64,000 nt of DNA from Phoronis australis (taxonomy: Eukaryota > Animalia > Phoronida), in assembly GCA_002633005.1 (NCBI GenBank), contig NMRA01000002.1, positions 699,082 through 763,081 of the forward strand, written 5' to 3'. This document shows, in pieces, positions 1-60,946 of the stretch (its first letter is position 1; the number at the start of each line of letters is the position of its first letter). The notes beneath the pieces are model-generated. The model was given only the letters and a program-made list of their open reading frames with translations, made no database searches and was not told the origin of the DNA. A program made the translations under genes and the position numbers.

Positions 1-514
1 ATGTAAACATGTCTTAACTATCATCCCTGTTTGCCTTATTTTACTGTTATTTTGTTTTTAAATTGGGCGGGTTCCCAATGAAATCTCATTACTTATGGCG
101 GCAGTTGATTGAGTACCCATAATGCAAGTATGGTGTTCTTATTTTAGACAAATGTTTAATATATTCTAAACATTGCATTAAAATCCCATCCGAAAAGGTG
201 GGCCTATTTAATGTACGTGATTTATGTCTGATTTATGTCTACCGACCACAGATATTTGTTTTCTCAAAATGAGTTCCCTAATTTGAAAAATTGGAAAACG
301 GCAATTATTGAACCAATGAGCTCAGAATAGCTTTGGACTCGGAAAAGTAATAAGACAACTTGGTCTAATATGAAAGACATAGAATCGAGTCTCAGTAACA
401 AAGCACAATACAGTCTCGCCTAATTACGTTCTGTAGCACTAATGAGACGCTACAAGCGAGAGAATAAAGACGCGTCTTATCTCCGAGATGGACTCAACGC
501 TGGCAGATATTACG

Positions 515-575
515 ATCTCCCGCGCAGGTCACGCATGCGCGCGAACACTGCCCAAGAACATAATGCCAATATTCC
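515..575 (+). promoter_or_regulatory. Putative Syt15-like promoter, CpG-rich patch with NRF1-like motif
   Basis: cccgcgcaggtcacgcatgcgcgcg (near GCGCATGCGC) plus a CCAAT, 130-180 bp upstream of the ATG at 699. Confidence 0.45.
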
Positions 576-698
576 TCATCACTTATTATCCAGTCGTTGT
601 TCGAGCGCACTGAAACCATCCATCTGGCGTGTTTGCTCTTTGTGACTGCACAGAGGTGATAATTGCCAAGTTGTTTTTACTGCTCATTAAAGTGTGCG

Positions 699-48487
<47,789 letters not shown>

Positions 48488-49371
48488 AGATAACATGTCA
48501 CTGCCCATGCATATTCTAGACACTTAGCTCACCGTTTGAATTGTATCTGTTCCTTTCATGGACCTTTATGGTTCCTCTGGAATGTCTAGACGAATCATGG
48601 AATGGAAATCCACGCTTTTCGCAAATGGTGGCTAGAAAACTAATCTGCTTGGAGGAGAGACAACATTCTTTAGTTTCCGTGTATCCATAAAAAGGCCATT
48701 AATTCAAGATGGTGAAACTTGTTACTCAGCCGTACGAGAGAGTCATTTGGTTGTAAGTGCTTGAAAGATTTGTGTAGTAAAATAGTCTTGAACGCGCTAA
48801 AACGCAACATATTGCACAATAGGTTGATAAAGATAACACTGCGATGCTATGTAAAGATCAGCGCTGATGCATACCTGTCATTCACCTCGTTAGAGGAAAT
48901 CAGTGTTTTATGACCAATTTGGTTGGATGAATCGAAAGACTCTAAAAATGGAGTGAAGCTGGTTCGTGAGGCATTTCACAAACATGTACTCGATGGATCA
49001 TCAATTTGATCGACTCTGGAATGAAATATTTGATCTTATACAGATGAGCTAATTACCACAGTGCCAATCATTGTGACAAACTTTTAGAGTTTGGGTTGAT
49101 GTACAATTCGCAACTAGAAAACGAAAAGTCAATTTTCAGTTTTCGGTAGGCTTGCTCAAAATCAAATCTCAGCGCAGGTCGTGAGTAAGTACTTTTTTTA
49201 GCCGCGGATATTGCAATGTTGGTAATAAACCAGCACTCGTCTGGAAGCATAGTTTAATAATTTCTATTTATTATTATTAGTCTTCTCGGATGAATATCAA
49301 CGGTTATAAAATGGCTGCTTGTCAATTGAGTACTTAATAATTTGTACATGCATATTACAAAAATGTATGTA

Positions 49372-49377
49372 AATAAA
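49372..49377 (+). terminator. Candidate polyadenylation signal of the Syt15-like gene
   Basis: AATAAA about 0.9 kb after the stop, preceded by TGTA elements and followed by GT-rich tttgtgttt. Confidence 0.55.
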
Positions 49378-52300
49378 ACACTGGAAAATTTGTGTTTATC
49401 ACTGCCGCTGAAGAACTGAAGTAAATACCGTGGCAGCTACGAAATTCCATTACTTGTGAACGGACTGGATAGAATTTCGTAGACGCATTAAGAATCTCGC
49501 TAAGGAAGCCTGTGTGATCACGTGCTTCGCTTATAATATATGGCGATATCTCGCGAAGTCTTACATGTTCTTACGTTTTCTGTCAACACAGGAACGTTCT
49601 CAGCGACCGTAGTTTTGTAATTTTAACCATAAACATTGGGCATAGGTCGCACGTGCCTCCCACTGTAGCGTGAAGGACAAATGGTGGATACCGGGAGTTG
49701 CCAAATTGACAAACACGGAGAAATGGTTTTGTGACGACCGGGAGCAGAAGTGGTGGAGGTTGAAGCTGAATTTGTATGACCCCTCAATAATCTACCTTCT
49801 ACGATTCCAACCCCATACCAGTCACTCGAACCTCGAACCCTCGAACTATCCGAACGAGACACTTGAACGACCCGTGGGGCGATTCTCTCGAATCGTAACT
49901 CCACTCACTCGAATGAAATGATGCATGCATACCCAAATTCAACTGAACAAATATGTGTCTACACGAATTCTAAGGCCCAGATCCTGAATATTTCGATCTT
50001 AGGACAAGCGGCAGAGTTGCCTGAAAGCACCACCTCTTCAATTAGTGACTGCTGAGAACGACCCTGTTATTTACGTTTAAAAATATCTCAAACCTTATTT
50101 ACAAAAATTTCCGTTTTTACAAAATTTTACGTACGTCTAACAAAATACCCTATCTTAATTCTCGGAAAACTTCAAATACGAAATACATAACGTGTAGTGA
50201 GAAAAAAGCCACCTTCGAACCACACAACTACGTAGAAATTTGTTTACTACTTATCCGAAATCAAAGGTTACAGGGGTGTCACTCAAATCGAATCTCCTAC
50301 CAGGCACGGAGCAGTTCCGTACATACAAGCACCGTCAGTTTTTTTCATTCACCGAATCGTCTTAATATTAAGTCAACGAGGTGGACTCGTGATAGAAAGA
50401 CGCCCGAGAAAACCAAGACAAAATGTAGTTTTGAGGGAGTTGTTTGTCTGTATGCATACGACCTTTGAGAACGAATGCACGCCTCTGTGACTGTGTTTAC
50501 GAACACAGTGAAAAGAGATAAATCCTCACCCAAATTCATTAGTTTGATAGGTATTTTGACATTTCACTGTTTCGATTTCATGCTCACGGCGCTCTTTTAA
50601 CACCGACTCGATTTTTGTTGACCATTTCTTACTTGGTTTCATATCTGCGCCTCGTGTGTGCAACAATGAAATGTTGACCTACCTTTAAGTATGCCAACAG
50701 TTGACCCCGCGTGTCGGACAGGAGCCAGTCACAAAATTAAAACGTTTTAGTGATAATTAAGTTTATCGCGCACTGCAAATTTAGTTGAGAGTGCGAGTGA
50801 ATGTTGAAATAGTGAGCATTGTTTAAGGCACGTATAGGTTATATTGACCGAAAACAAGTTTCTCCGAATAATTAACCGAAGACCTTGAGATTTTCACGTC
50901 TCACAACTTAATCGATTTTTTCTCGGCTTCGGCAAATCGACACAATGTGAACTTAGGAAAGCAAATTTTCGAAACCGGCTCGGTGTATTTCGTTGAAACT
51001 TTCGAAACTTAATATTTATTCGCCAATATATTTGCGTATTGTAGCAGACGAATACGACTGCTATTTCTTACAAAATTGTCATACGTTTCGTGAGTTGATT
51101 TGTCATAGAAACCAAACTAACAAACTAATCAAAAATTCTTAACAGCATTTTGAGGCAACAGGTGAAGTTCTGGTTTGAAAAAGTGTAACCCCCGATACCT
51201 GGTATGCATTATAGCGGACCGTTCGGAAGAAAGCGTCCCCGTGATTACGCTAATATTAAATACGCGACTTCTCATTGGGGGGAACATTCCCTAACAAAAG
51301 TCCCACGTCTTGCAGTCTTGCCAGACCAGATGAACAACGTAATCAGATACGTACACCTATAGTAATGAAGACGTAAAATCTATCAATATTTAATCGTGAT
51401 TCGTTTTATTTAGAAGAACACTTGTATGGCAGTTAATTACTTTTGTGTCATCCACGTCACATAAGCCATCATTCCTTTTGCGCTGGACTGGTTATTATGG
51501 CCAAGTGGAAGGTAAACAGTTAACGCTACAGGAATTTGTTTGGAAAACTACTACGCCCATCAACTACATGTACGAGCTACATGTACGTATTGAGATACAC
51601 AGCTATTGTTAGCTTCGACCTGGGGCAACATTGCCTAAGAGTTCGATCCATACATGACCTGGTATTGACCTGGAGAAAAGCTCATTTTTGTTCATCGTCT
51701 TCGACTTGTTGGAGTTTGCACAGACTTTAACTAAATAGCTGTTGGTCATTTTTTCAATTTGTTACCACCAGTTGGCACCGAATGGACATTTACCCATACA
51801 ACAGCAAATCATAGAAAAATACATGTAAGCTGTTTCGCTAAGTAGCGATAGAGCATCTGCAGGCCGAAACCGTGGAGCACCGCCACAATTCAAATCTAAT
51901 GCTGAGCGAGATTCAAGGTTTTTACAGATTTTGTGTTAAAAATAAGATAGACACTTTTTTACTACAAAGTCACAGTGTAAAAATCTTGATATGTGAAGAG
52001 TATCGCTGGACCAAAGACTTAAAAAACCTTGCCCATAACAAAAAACTAATTCCAAAGGGAATTTCCTCTCTTTTACGACTACCGTATATGTGATCGTTGG
52101 CTTCACCATTCGAAAAGCACGAGTAAAAAGGGATTCACCGACATGCAGTCTTAAAAATCAAGCATGCCGTTCGTACGCGGTACAAAAATCAAAATGCCCA
52201 GCCAACCTAGAAGTCGCCAATTTGAAATGATAAATTCAACTGTAGCTAAAAAAACTATTTAGTGCCACTACACAATATTTTTTGCAAGTTTATGTGGTAA

Positions 52301-53382
52301 TCATGTCGTCAAGTTATTACTGTATATGTTGGAGTATTCAAGGATCAGAGCAAAATAGTTGAACAGTGTCAAGCTTTCTCCTGAGACGAGTTACCCAAGT
52401 TTTGCTCACTGCGGCCGGGAACGATCAGCCTTAGCTTGTCTACTCTTCAGATTTTAGAGCGTCAACAAACATTGCTCTGGAAAACAAATATTGTAGCGAA
52501 CCTTGCTGAATCCTTTAGGATAGGCAGTTTAGAGTTTTGCGGTCAAGTAGATCCATCCATCGAAAACTCCTGGGTCCATTACAGGACACTTTTTCTGCAT
52601 TAACTTGGACCTAAATCGAGCTAACTTCAGAGAGAACAAAATGTTTTAAGTCCGCTTCATGAAATCGGTCAAAGCCAAGACAAGAAGTTAGCTTGCTTTT
52701 GAGTAGTTAAAAATTGGAAATTTGATACAAATGACCAAAACTTAGGATTTTTATCACTGTAACACGTTTCGGTGATGTTTTTTACAATCTAATGTTCCGT
52801 TATTGTTGTTTTATTTACCAGCTATATATAATGTTCCTCAACAATGTCAAATTACCCACATTTCATGGTGTCAATCTTATTTCAATTCCTCAAAATGCGC
52901 ATGGCAAACGATCGCTTCACTTGTTTTTATTTGTTGCCTGGATGTGTGTGTGTTGACTAAATCTTAGTGCCTCGATTAGTTCCCCAACGTGGTGAATTGT
53001 CCTAACAGTAACAGGGCTACAGTAGTTACGTCAATCGCCGACAGGGCTTAATGACACGCTCGACATGTGAGTATTGACTGAATCTGAGAAACAGGCTTGA
53101 TTTTATGAAGTTGGCATTGAATGAATGCCATGAAACTGACACCTCAATACGACGCACGAATCTGTTAAACAGGATTGAATTTTCAAACTAAGGTTAATTG
53201 TTATCTTAAAAAAGATTGAATTTATTGAATTTCATTGACTCCACAAAACAGATTTCAAATGTTTTTGCACTTTACTCTTCCCATGTTAAGCAAAACGTCA
53301 TACCTTTACTGACGTGGACAAACTTGTAATGGAAGTGCTCTAAAACTACCTTCAAATTACAACGTGGCTACACACAAAAAAC

Positions 53383-53970
53383 ATGTACAAAAAGACCATC
53401 AACTCTGACGTTAACAAAAGTAATGTCCGCCCCGAAGCATCAACACCTGCCTGTTCAGACTTCATGAGAGAAAAGAAGTTTATGAACACGAAATCTGCCA
53501 TCACTAGATCAGGTGCTGAGGCTGTAGCGAAATTAGAAAGAGAATATGAACTGACAAGCAAAGATATTGACACAGAAAGGAAGAAACTATTGGTGGATTA
53601 TGAAAACTTGAGAAGAACTATCTCATTCAATACTTTGTTACAAAATAAAACCACTGGAAAAGACCATGACGCTTCTTGTCGTCCCGCAGACCACGAAGCA
53701 GAAACCCAGTCCAACAACTTGTCTCCGAAATTGTCTCCAAATTCCCTTCAACGACAAAGACACGACAGCTGGTGCGGTGAATTACACGCCGGCAGCAGTA
53801 CCAGGTCATTAAGTACTTCACCCGTCCACCGAGGGCGCTCCATGTCGTTGATTGTACCAAAATCAAATCTGGCGGAGCTACGTAAAAGAAAAATGCTGGA
53901 ACACGCAGAAGAAGCCCACATAAAAGAACTAAATATGAAAGTGAGCGAGTTTATAAAAAAAGAACTCTGA
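53383..53970 (+). CDS. Uncharacterised 195-aa protein with N- and C-terminal coiled-coil-like helices and a Ser/Arg-rich middle
   Basis: Longest ORF in the window, Kozak-like aaaaacATG, protein-like composition with heptad-like segments (AVAKLEREYELTSKDIDTERKKLLVDYENLRR; EEAHIKELNMKVSEFIKKEL). Confidence 0.75.
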   Translation: MYKKTINSDVNKSNVRPEASTPACSDFMREKKFMNTKSAITRSGAEAVAKLEREYELTSKDIDTERKKLLVDYENLRRTISFNTLLQNKTTGKDHDASCRPADHEAETQSNNLSPKLSPNSLQRQRHDSWCGELHAGSSTRSLSTSPVHRGRSMSLIVPKSNLAELRKRKMLEHAEEAHIKELNMKVSEFIKKEL

Positions 53971-54498
53971 AGGGATTAAACCACACCTGCAAATCTCAAC
54001 ACAGCAACTAGAACTTATAAAAAATTCCCTCACTGACTACATGTAACTATTCTTGAATCAATCAATTCGAAGAATTTACTGACTTGATACCATTTCAGTT
54101 TTACACTCTAATACTTTCATGAATGACGAACATGCTACCAGTATCACTGGCTAAAACGAAAGCAAAAACGCTAGCGTTTTAATATGACTGACTATCTTGC
54201 GCGAAGGGGTCATTTTCGCTATCAGTTTGTTTCCTAACCACCTGAATCGCTTTTGAGCAAAAATTGATTTCAAAACACTCCAACTGTCTGCCATCGCGAC
54301 AGTAACACAAAGGCCTCTTATCCCTGCACCTATGTGATATCTGAAGTGAGCAGTCTGGCTATAAATGTATTAGCAAAACGCCATTAGTTTTGGGGTAACT
54401 CAAACATCCAGCAAAACACCACCAAAAGAGATCCTTTCAACCGTTCAAATTACTGACGTTGTTGGTTCTAGCGAAAGTTCCAGTTAAAACGATAACAC

Positions 54499-57234
54499 CA
54501 AGGAGTGTACTACATACAACAGGAGAGTTCACTCCGCCATTTTACTGCAATGGTTACCGGTCGAAACACTAGCGCCCAAGCGGTGAATAATCAACACTTA
54601 GGAGCGCAGTCCGAACATTGTAAACACTGATAAATTCATACTTTAATGACATTCAACGTGCAATAAAATTACTGTGTGATTGAAAATGGTTAGAATACAT
54701 AAACTAACATCCACTTACAATAGAACGAGAAAGAAAATGTGTATTTTAATCAATATTAAAGTGAATTTGTTTTTATTCTCTTGAAGCTCCCATCAAAATC
54801 CACCATGGTTTTGTTTCATGTTTGAGTTGTTAACACGGCAATTATCGTTCCTTATAACAGTTCATACCTCCATGGACTACATAATTTGAATGATTGTTCC
54901 TGGGGGTTCAGAGGGGAATTCCCCCAGGTGCCAGCTAGGGGGTACCAGGCAAAAACCAGGTGGGCGCCAATTGGGTGTTGACCCCCTCCCAGGGGGGTTA
55001 CATGGGAGGAGTGCTAAACAGGTAAAAACCAGTGGGTATGTATGCCACATGGGTGTTGATCCCCTCCCACCGTCACACATTCTGCTTGCTCCCCTGACCA
55101 TTGACAAACATGTTGCTCCCAGCTCACTGCTGGTTTCATCTCCACCCAACAATTTCACACGTGTTCCCTATTCAATGCACCAGGCAACTAGCAATGCAGA
55201 CAATTGTTTTGTGCAGTGGGTGTTACACAAGTGAGAAGAAGAAAGCAAGGCAATTCATCACTGCCACAAAATAGTATTACAATTTTAGAATATTCCATTA
55301 TTTCTTAGACATGCCAGTATAGGGCTCAATCCCACTTTCCCACTCACCAACAGTTACAAGTCACTTGCTAATCTGTAGAATAGCTCACAACTTACAAAAC
55401 GAAGTAACATTGAGTATATCATCACTCATAACCTGGGAGTAATTTGATATTTGTCCTAGCTCATAACTAGTCAAAGTTCAAATGTCATGACAAAAAAATT
55501 AAGAGGTACTGAACAGCAATCAAAATATTCACTACCCACACAGCTTCATACAAAACTGAATTAAAAAGACTTGGATGATAAAACCAAAATTTTATTTTAC
55601 ATACCCACTGTTCCTATTATCAATAACAGTAAATATTTCAAGTAAGTTAAAGCCAGACCACAAGGTCATATCTGATACCTAGCCACAACTGGGGCTTAAA
55701 TAAATCACAATCTCCAAAAACGTACAAAATAGGAAACACATACACCAACCAATACAACAAGAAAATCTGACCAATCTTGTCACTCTCTATTAATTCACTA
55801 GTAAACAACAGCACTTTTCGCCAAAGAAATGCGTTATAAATAAAGCTGAAAACTAATTTACTCACAGAGGTGTTTGTCATCGAGAAGCAAAATGATATGG
55901 ATAGCTTGGGTTTAACAAAATTTCAGCTCGCCATTCAGACTCTGAATTATCCATCAGTTTCACTTTGGCTCTCTCCAAATCACAGGCTAACCATTCATAA
56001 AATGTTTCAATCTGATCAACCTTAGTAAAATACGAAAACCAGATTTTGACTAATTGTACTTTCTACACGTGATGTTCCAGTACTTGCTTTGTGAGATGAT
56101 AATCAGAAATGCAAAAAAGCCTATTCCAGAGCTGTAATATAATTTCCGGAGAACTTTTTGACCATGACATCTTCATTTTTGATGGATTCGGGACTTCAAA
56201 TATTATTCGGGCACTGAAGTCAATACCAGCTTGTTCTTCATTCATGAACGTGGACTCCTCGAAGTGATGAGAGCATAACTTGCAGTTCTTGGACAAATAG
56301 GCTGCATCTCTATTCATAAGGTCAACTCCCAGCGCTTGCACCTGAACAGAAATCAATGACTGAGAGACTTAGGAACAAACCTCCTACTCACTAGGTTCAC
56401 AGAAGACTGGTAGCCTACATAAAGTGCTGACACTACACTACAGAATTCCTGTCGTACTGTGATTGTGATAGACACAAAAGCGTTTTGGTTTCAACTGAAA
56501 AAAAAACTCGAACTCAAACGTCGATCCATGGATATTTTAACAGGGCCGCGCCCCCGCATCATTGACACATAGAATTAAGTTTTCAATGACGCACTGCTTA
56601 ACTTAATTGGTTCAACTGGCACATTAAAATTATGTTGATTTTTTCACCTTTTCACCGAGACCCACAGATTCTCTAACTTGACTCATGACTGACTTGTGGC
56701 CCCACAGAGGCTGTGATTGTGTCATGGCAATGTCACCAGTCATTTTACCCATGGCCATGGGCATGGGTATGTTTTCCTAAATTATCCTTGCGATCGTACG
56801 GGCCGACATTTTGATTTGTATTTCATGGACTGCAAGTATCCAAAAAGCTGACGATCGCATCGTACATTCATCATAGTCCTTCCGACGGCTGCCTAGCCTA
56901 CAATGCAAACCGAACAGTGGCAACGGGACTGCGATCGATTTGTCTAACAACCGTGAATCTCAACGCACAAAATGAAAGACAGTGTATCATATTATTGAAT
57001 AACAGATAATCCTCACCTTTATGGATGGTTAGGAAACCTAAAAAATGACACGTGTGGGGTTTTCGTGGATGAATTTATCACACTGCAAAATGCGTCCTTC
57101 CCCATTGTTTTAGGGCTTCCTGGTTGACATTTGCTTAATCACCACTTGGCGGCGCTAGTAGTTAGCGGTAACAGCGAACTCACAAATGAACTCTCCTATT
57201 CTATACTCGGAGTCCTATACTACTGCACTCCTTG
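54499..57234 (-). mobile_element. Non-autonomous P-superfamily-like DNA transposon, 2736 bp
   Basis: Termini CAAGGAGTG...CACTCCTTG, imperfect TIRs of about 90 bp sharing aggagagttca, gttacc and actagcgc blocks, exact 7-bp TSD ATAACAC (54492-54498; 57235-57241), internal THAP pseudogene. Confidence 0.8.
56180..57130 (-). pseudogene. Spliced THAP-domain pseudogene inside the P-like element
   Basis: Exon 57130-57017 (FCSVINSSTKTPHVSFFRFPNHP*), donor AG|gtgagg, acceptor ttctgttcag| at 56342, then RCKRW and (after a frameshift) KNCKLCSHHFEESTFMN...IFEVPNP. Stops and frameshifts present. Confidence 0.8.
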
Positions 57235-58684
57235 ATAACACCAATCACAGTAAGGAGAGAAAAAAATAAAAGCTGCAGAATAGCAGTGTTTTTGTTTCTC
57301 TTGTCGCGTCCGCAAGGAATGTGCCCCGGGCCCCAAATCTGCCTGTTTCGTACTGAACTTCCACTCCGCAAAGTCATCCAGAACAATGTTATCTTTACTA
57401 CAATTTAAGGTTAAGTAAGGCCTGGAAACTGGTAAGTTTTGACTTATTTTGGAGCATCATATCTCAGAAATAGCAGATTATATACTCACATGGAACTTAA
57501 ACTAAGTTTTGCACTAAGACAAGACAATGTTAAGCGATGCTTTAATACTGGCCCACTTTTGCATGAGCTGCTATCAAAATTAGGACTTTATGATTTTTGT
57601 GAAAAAACATGCATACAATGAAAACGAATTGATAATGAAAAGGATTTTTATCAACTGTCATGCGTTTGCAATGGTTGTTTTGTGATGATTATAACTTGTT
57701 TACTAATTTCTGATTTACTAAAAGGACATGGTCACGTGATTCAACTACATATACTGGGACAGATTGGTATAACTTCAAAATCAATTTCTACAGGGTTTAT
57801 ACCTTTAGAAATATATGCGTTCAGCGAGATAAAAGAACACTCTAGTCCAGAAAAACCTTCAAAACGAGCCAAACGCTCTTCCACTAAGCCAAATCCCACG
57901 CGATAAATAGCAGAATCTTTTAAGCGTATTATAATCGCACGGCAAAAATTGTCGATTTGTAATATAATCACAAAACATAACGAATTTTGTTGTTTCATAG
58001 CTCTGGTGAAAGCTAGTAAATTCAGAAACCCTATCCACTCAACAATATTTATGAAAAGCGCTTGGAACGCGAAAAACAGTCTAAAATGTATTATTCAAAG
58101 TGATTCTCTGCCACTGAAACAAAATTCAACCTCTGTACCAGGTATTTTTAAGGTTTGTAACCATTTTGAATTTATGTTGATGTCAAAGCATTTTTTATTT
58201 TGAAATTTAAAAAAAACAACCTGTCAACTGCATGCCACTTTGTCGATTTTCTCCCACAAGGCAAAGCATGTGTCCTTATTTGGCATGGCCACACATAAAA
58301 GTAACGCATTACCTTTATGTGGAAAATGTGACCTTTGACCTTTGATGTAAACAAAACAATGGCCACTTCAAGAAGCAACCAGTTCGATTAGGTGGTAATT
58401 AATGTATGTCCCAACTGTCTAAATTTAGTTATAAAGGTATCCTAATATTCAACTCTAAAATGCACTTGTAGGTCTTTTAGGGAAATTGCTTGCATCAGTG
58501 TCTGGCCTCATGCTGTGCTGTCGACGTCAGATTCGGAATGCGATCACACGTATCCACCATATCCATCTTGTTAGGCAGCTATTTGTCGAATGACTGTGAG
58601 TGCATGCTCGCATTTATCATAAATGGGGGGGATGGGAGGGGAGGAGATTGGGGAGACCGAGATGACTACAGAGTTTTCCTAAAC

Positions 58685-59020
58685 ACAGAAAAATCAGGAA
58701 CCCCAACTGGGAATCGATATCTGTGCAATTACTATTTACAGCCAACTGTTCAGTCATACATCCCGTGAGCGGCGTTTCGACTTTTTCACACGGGAATTAG
58801 ACAACTATATATACAATCAGCAATTGACCAGTATGTGTTAATTAGATATAGTAAATATATAGACGCTGAGGTTGGCCAGTAATGAAATATATCAAATAAA
58901 CAAAGAAAAATCAGGAACCCCAAATGGGAATCGAACCAAAGATTTCCTCAGTAGCTCAGTGGTGAGAGCACTAGATCGGCAATCGAACCACAGGTCTCTA
59001 GATTGCCGGTCTAGTGCTCA
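58685..59020. mobile_element. Cluster of rearranged tRNA-SINE head fragments
   Basis: Two copies of gaaaaatcaggaacccca..tgggaatcga (B box on - strand), A box tagctcagtggt, and a 19-bp inverted repeat. Confidence 0.55.
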
Positions 59021-59403
59021 TCAAAATAGGTCAATTGCCTGCACAGCCTCCCAAACAAAGTTGAGCAAAAATCTTATTCAAATCAAATGGAAACATTTTG
59101 TTACGAATGCATACAATAAATTTACACTGAGAAGCAAGATATCTGAAGGAAACTGTGACCTAATCATCGAATAAATACTTTTATTGACACAACTGTCTGC
59201 TCTCAGCGCTCCTCGATTCTTCCTTCTCCCCTAAAAAGTTCTTAGCTCAAGTTCAGCAAATCAGCCACTTCACCAAATTCAGTTTCAGTTGTTATTTTCC
59301 GGTGCTACGGTCGACGGAGGAAATATTCCTATCACTATTCCCATTGCAAAGCTAAGAAACGAAAGAATAGACCTAGAAAATTAAGATTTTCATCGAATCT
59401 TAT

Positions 59404-59610
59404 AGGAGAATGCCACCCAAAAACAAACTATTTTGTATCAGTTTAGATCGAGTAGATCCACTCGATAACAGCAAGTACAGTTCTTTTACCTGACACCTTA
59501 CAGCAGTCGGAGGAGTTGAAATTAACAAATGGCGTCTCAGATTCGAACGCAGTCTGCTCAGCAGTTCATAACACGCTTACTGGTATTGTTGGGCTATAGA
59601 TTTGAAAAAG
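59404..59610 (-). mobile_element. Diverged partial copy of the right end of the 6008-7734 element
   Basis: aggagaatgccacccaaaaacaaactattttgtatcagtttagatcgagtag... aligns for about 200 bp with the reverse complement of about 7530-7734. Confidence 0.75.
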
Positions 59611-60651
59611 TTGGGAGCAACGGGAAAACGCCGTTATGGGTCAATACACGGAATAATGTCGAGTGGGATATCACTTCATCTACGCCAATCGGGGTACGTT
59701 TTGTATTTATCCCACCCAAAACCGAGATTTGATAAAGGTTTCTCCAGCGTGCAAGTGCATTTCATGGAGAAAATGTGTATTGTGTCGTACCATTGCTGGG
59801 TACGTAGTTGTGAGGCACATACTGAGTATAAGCCTCAGCATCAAATTGTGACCGTGATAATGAATGTGATTGCAGTAATTAATTTTTCAAATCGGTAAAT
59901 GACCACTTTTAACGCTACGCGCTCTCCTATTTTTAACGCGCCCGCCGATCTGCGCAACTTAGCGAAGGATTGCCGAGGAAGCAGTTTGATTACAGGAGTA
60001 TTTGGTCGAGTTCGAAAACAACAAAGACATCGACGGCCTCCTAAGGTGCCCCTCTATGCGCAAAAGGTACTTTGATTTTTTGATTAGAGGGAAGCGTGAT
60101 TCGCTGAAAAGCTTCTGGCGTATGAAGCACCTATAGAATCTTCACCGTCTCAAAGACCGGTCGAGACGGTGGTCACTGCATACCTACAAGCATGCATTGA
60201 TCGTAGTCTTTATTATCGGATACCTCAATACATGAACGCACCAAAAAGACCATGAACTGTTACCAGTGTACACGAACTCAACTCCAGCTAGCTAGACAGC
60301 TGCATGTTTGCTATGCTGTCCAATCTTCGTTTAGGCACGGGTATGTCAATTATGCATACATTTTAAGAATGAACAAGGAGCAGTAACATCATCGTGGTTT
60401 CAAAATGAAACTTAGGCTTACTGAACATTTTCTGTCTTAAACATTTTAAAGTGGACCGGTTGCTTTTACGATTGCATGATTCTAGAACTAGTCCTTCTGT
60501 TGGTTTCAAGTAACGGGTGGTAGCCAAAAGATGTCGCCGCGAGTTTGACGTACAGTAAACCTGACTAGTCTTACTATCCTTTTAGTGAAACGTGACTTCA
60601 CATTATACAGGCACGTAGGAAGGCAAAAATTATTGGGGGGGGGGGGGGGGA

Positions 60652-60666
60652 NNNNNNNNNNNNNNN
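60652..60666. other. Assembly gap (15 N) next to a poly-G run
   Basis: Ns in the sequence following G16. Confidence 1.
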
Positions 60667-60796
60667 CACACACCATTTAGACTTCGCCAAACAACCCCGC
60701 CTCCCCCATCGCCACCCCCAACTCCCCTCGTCCCCGTGCTCCCGATGCCACCATATTTGTACCGAATCTCCCACGTCTGCCCTAGGTGAGAGGCAC

Positions 60797-60946
60797 AGTG
60801 GAGGATTTAGGGGTGGCCAAGGGGCCATGACCTCCTTAAAATTCCAGATTCTATTTGGAAGTTCGGGGGTGCAAATTTCTGAGGGGTGAAACCCTGGCTA
60901 ATACTCTGCCCTGGCCCCCCAACTCAAAATCCTGGATCCGCCCCTG
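60797..60946. mobile_element. hAT-like MITE
   Basis: CAGTGGaGGATttAGG ... CCTGGATCCGCCCCTG termini; TSD not preserved. Confidence 0.45.
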
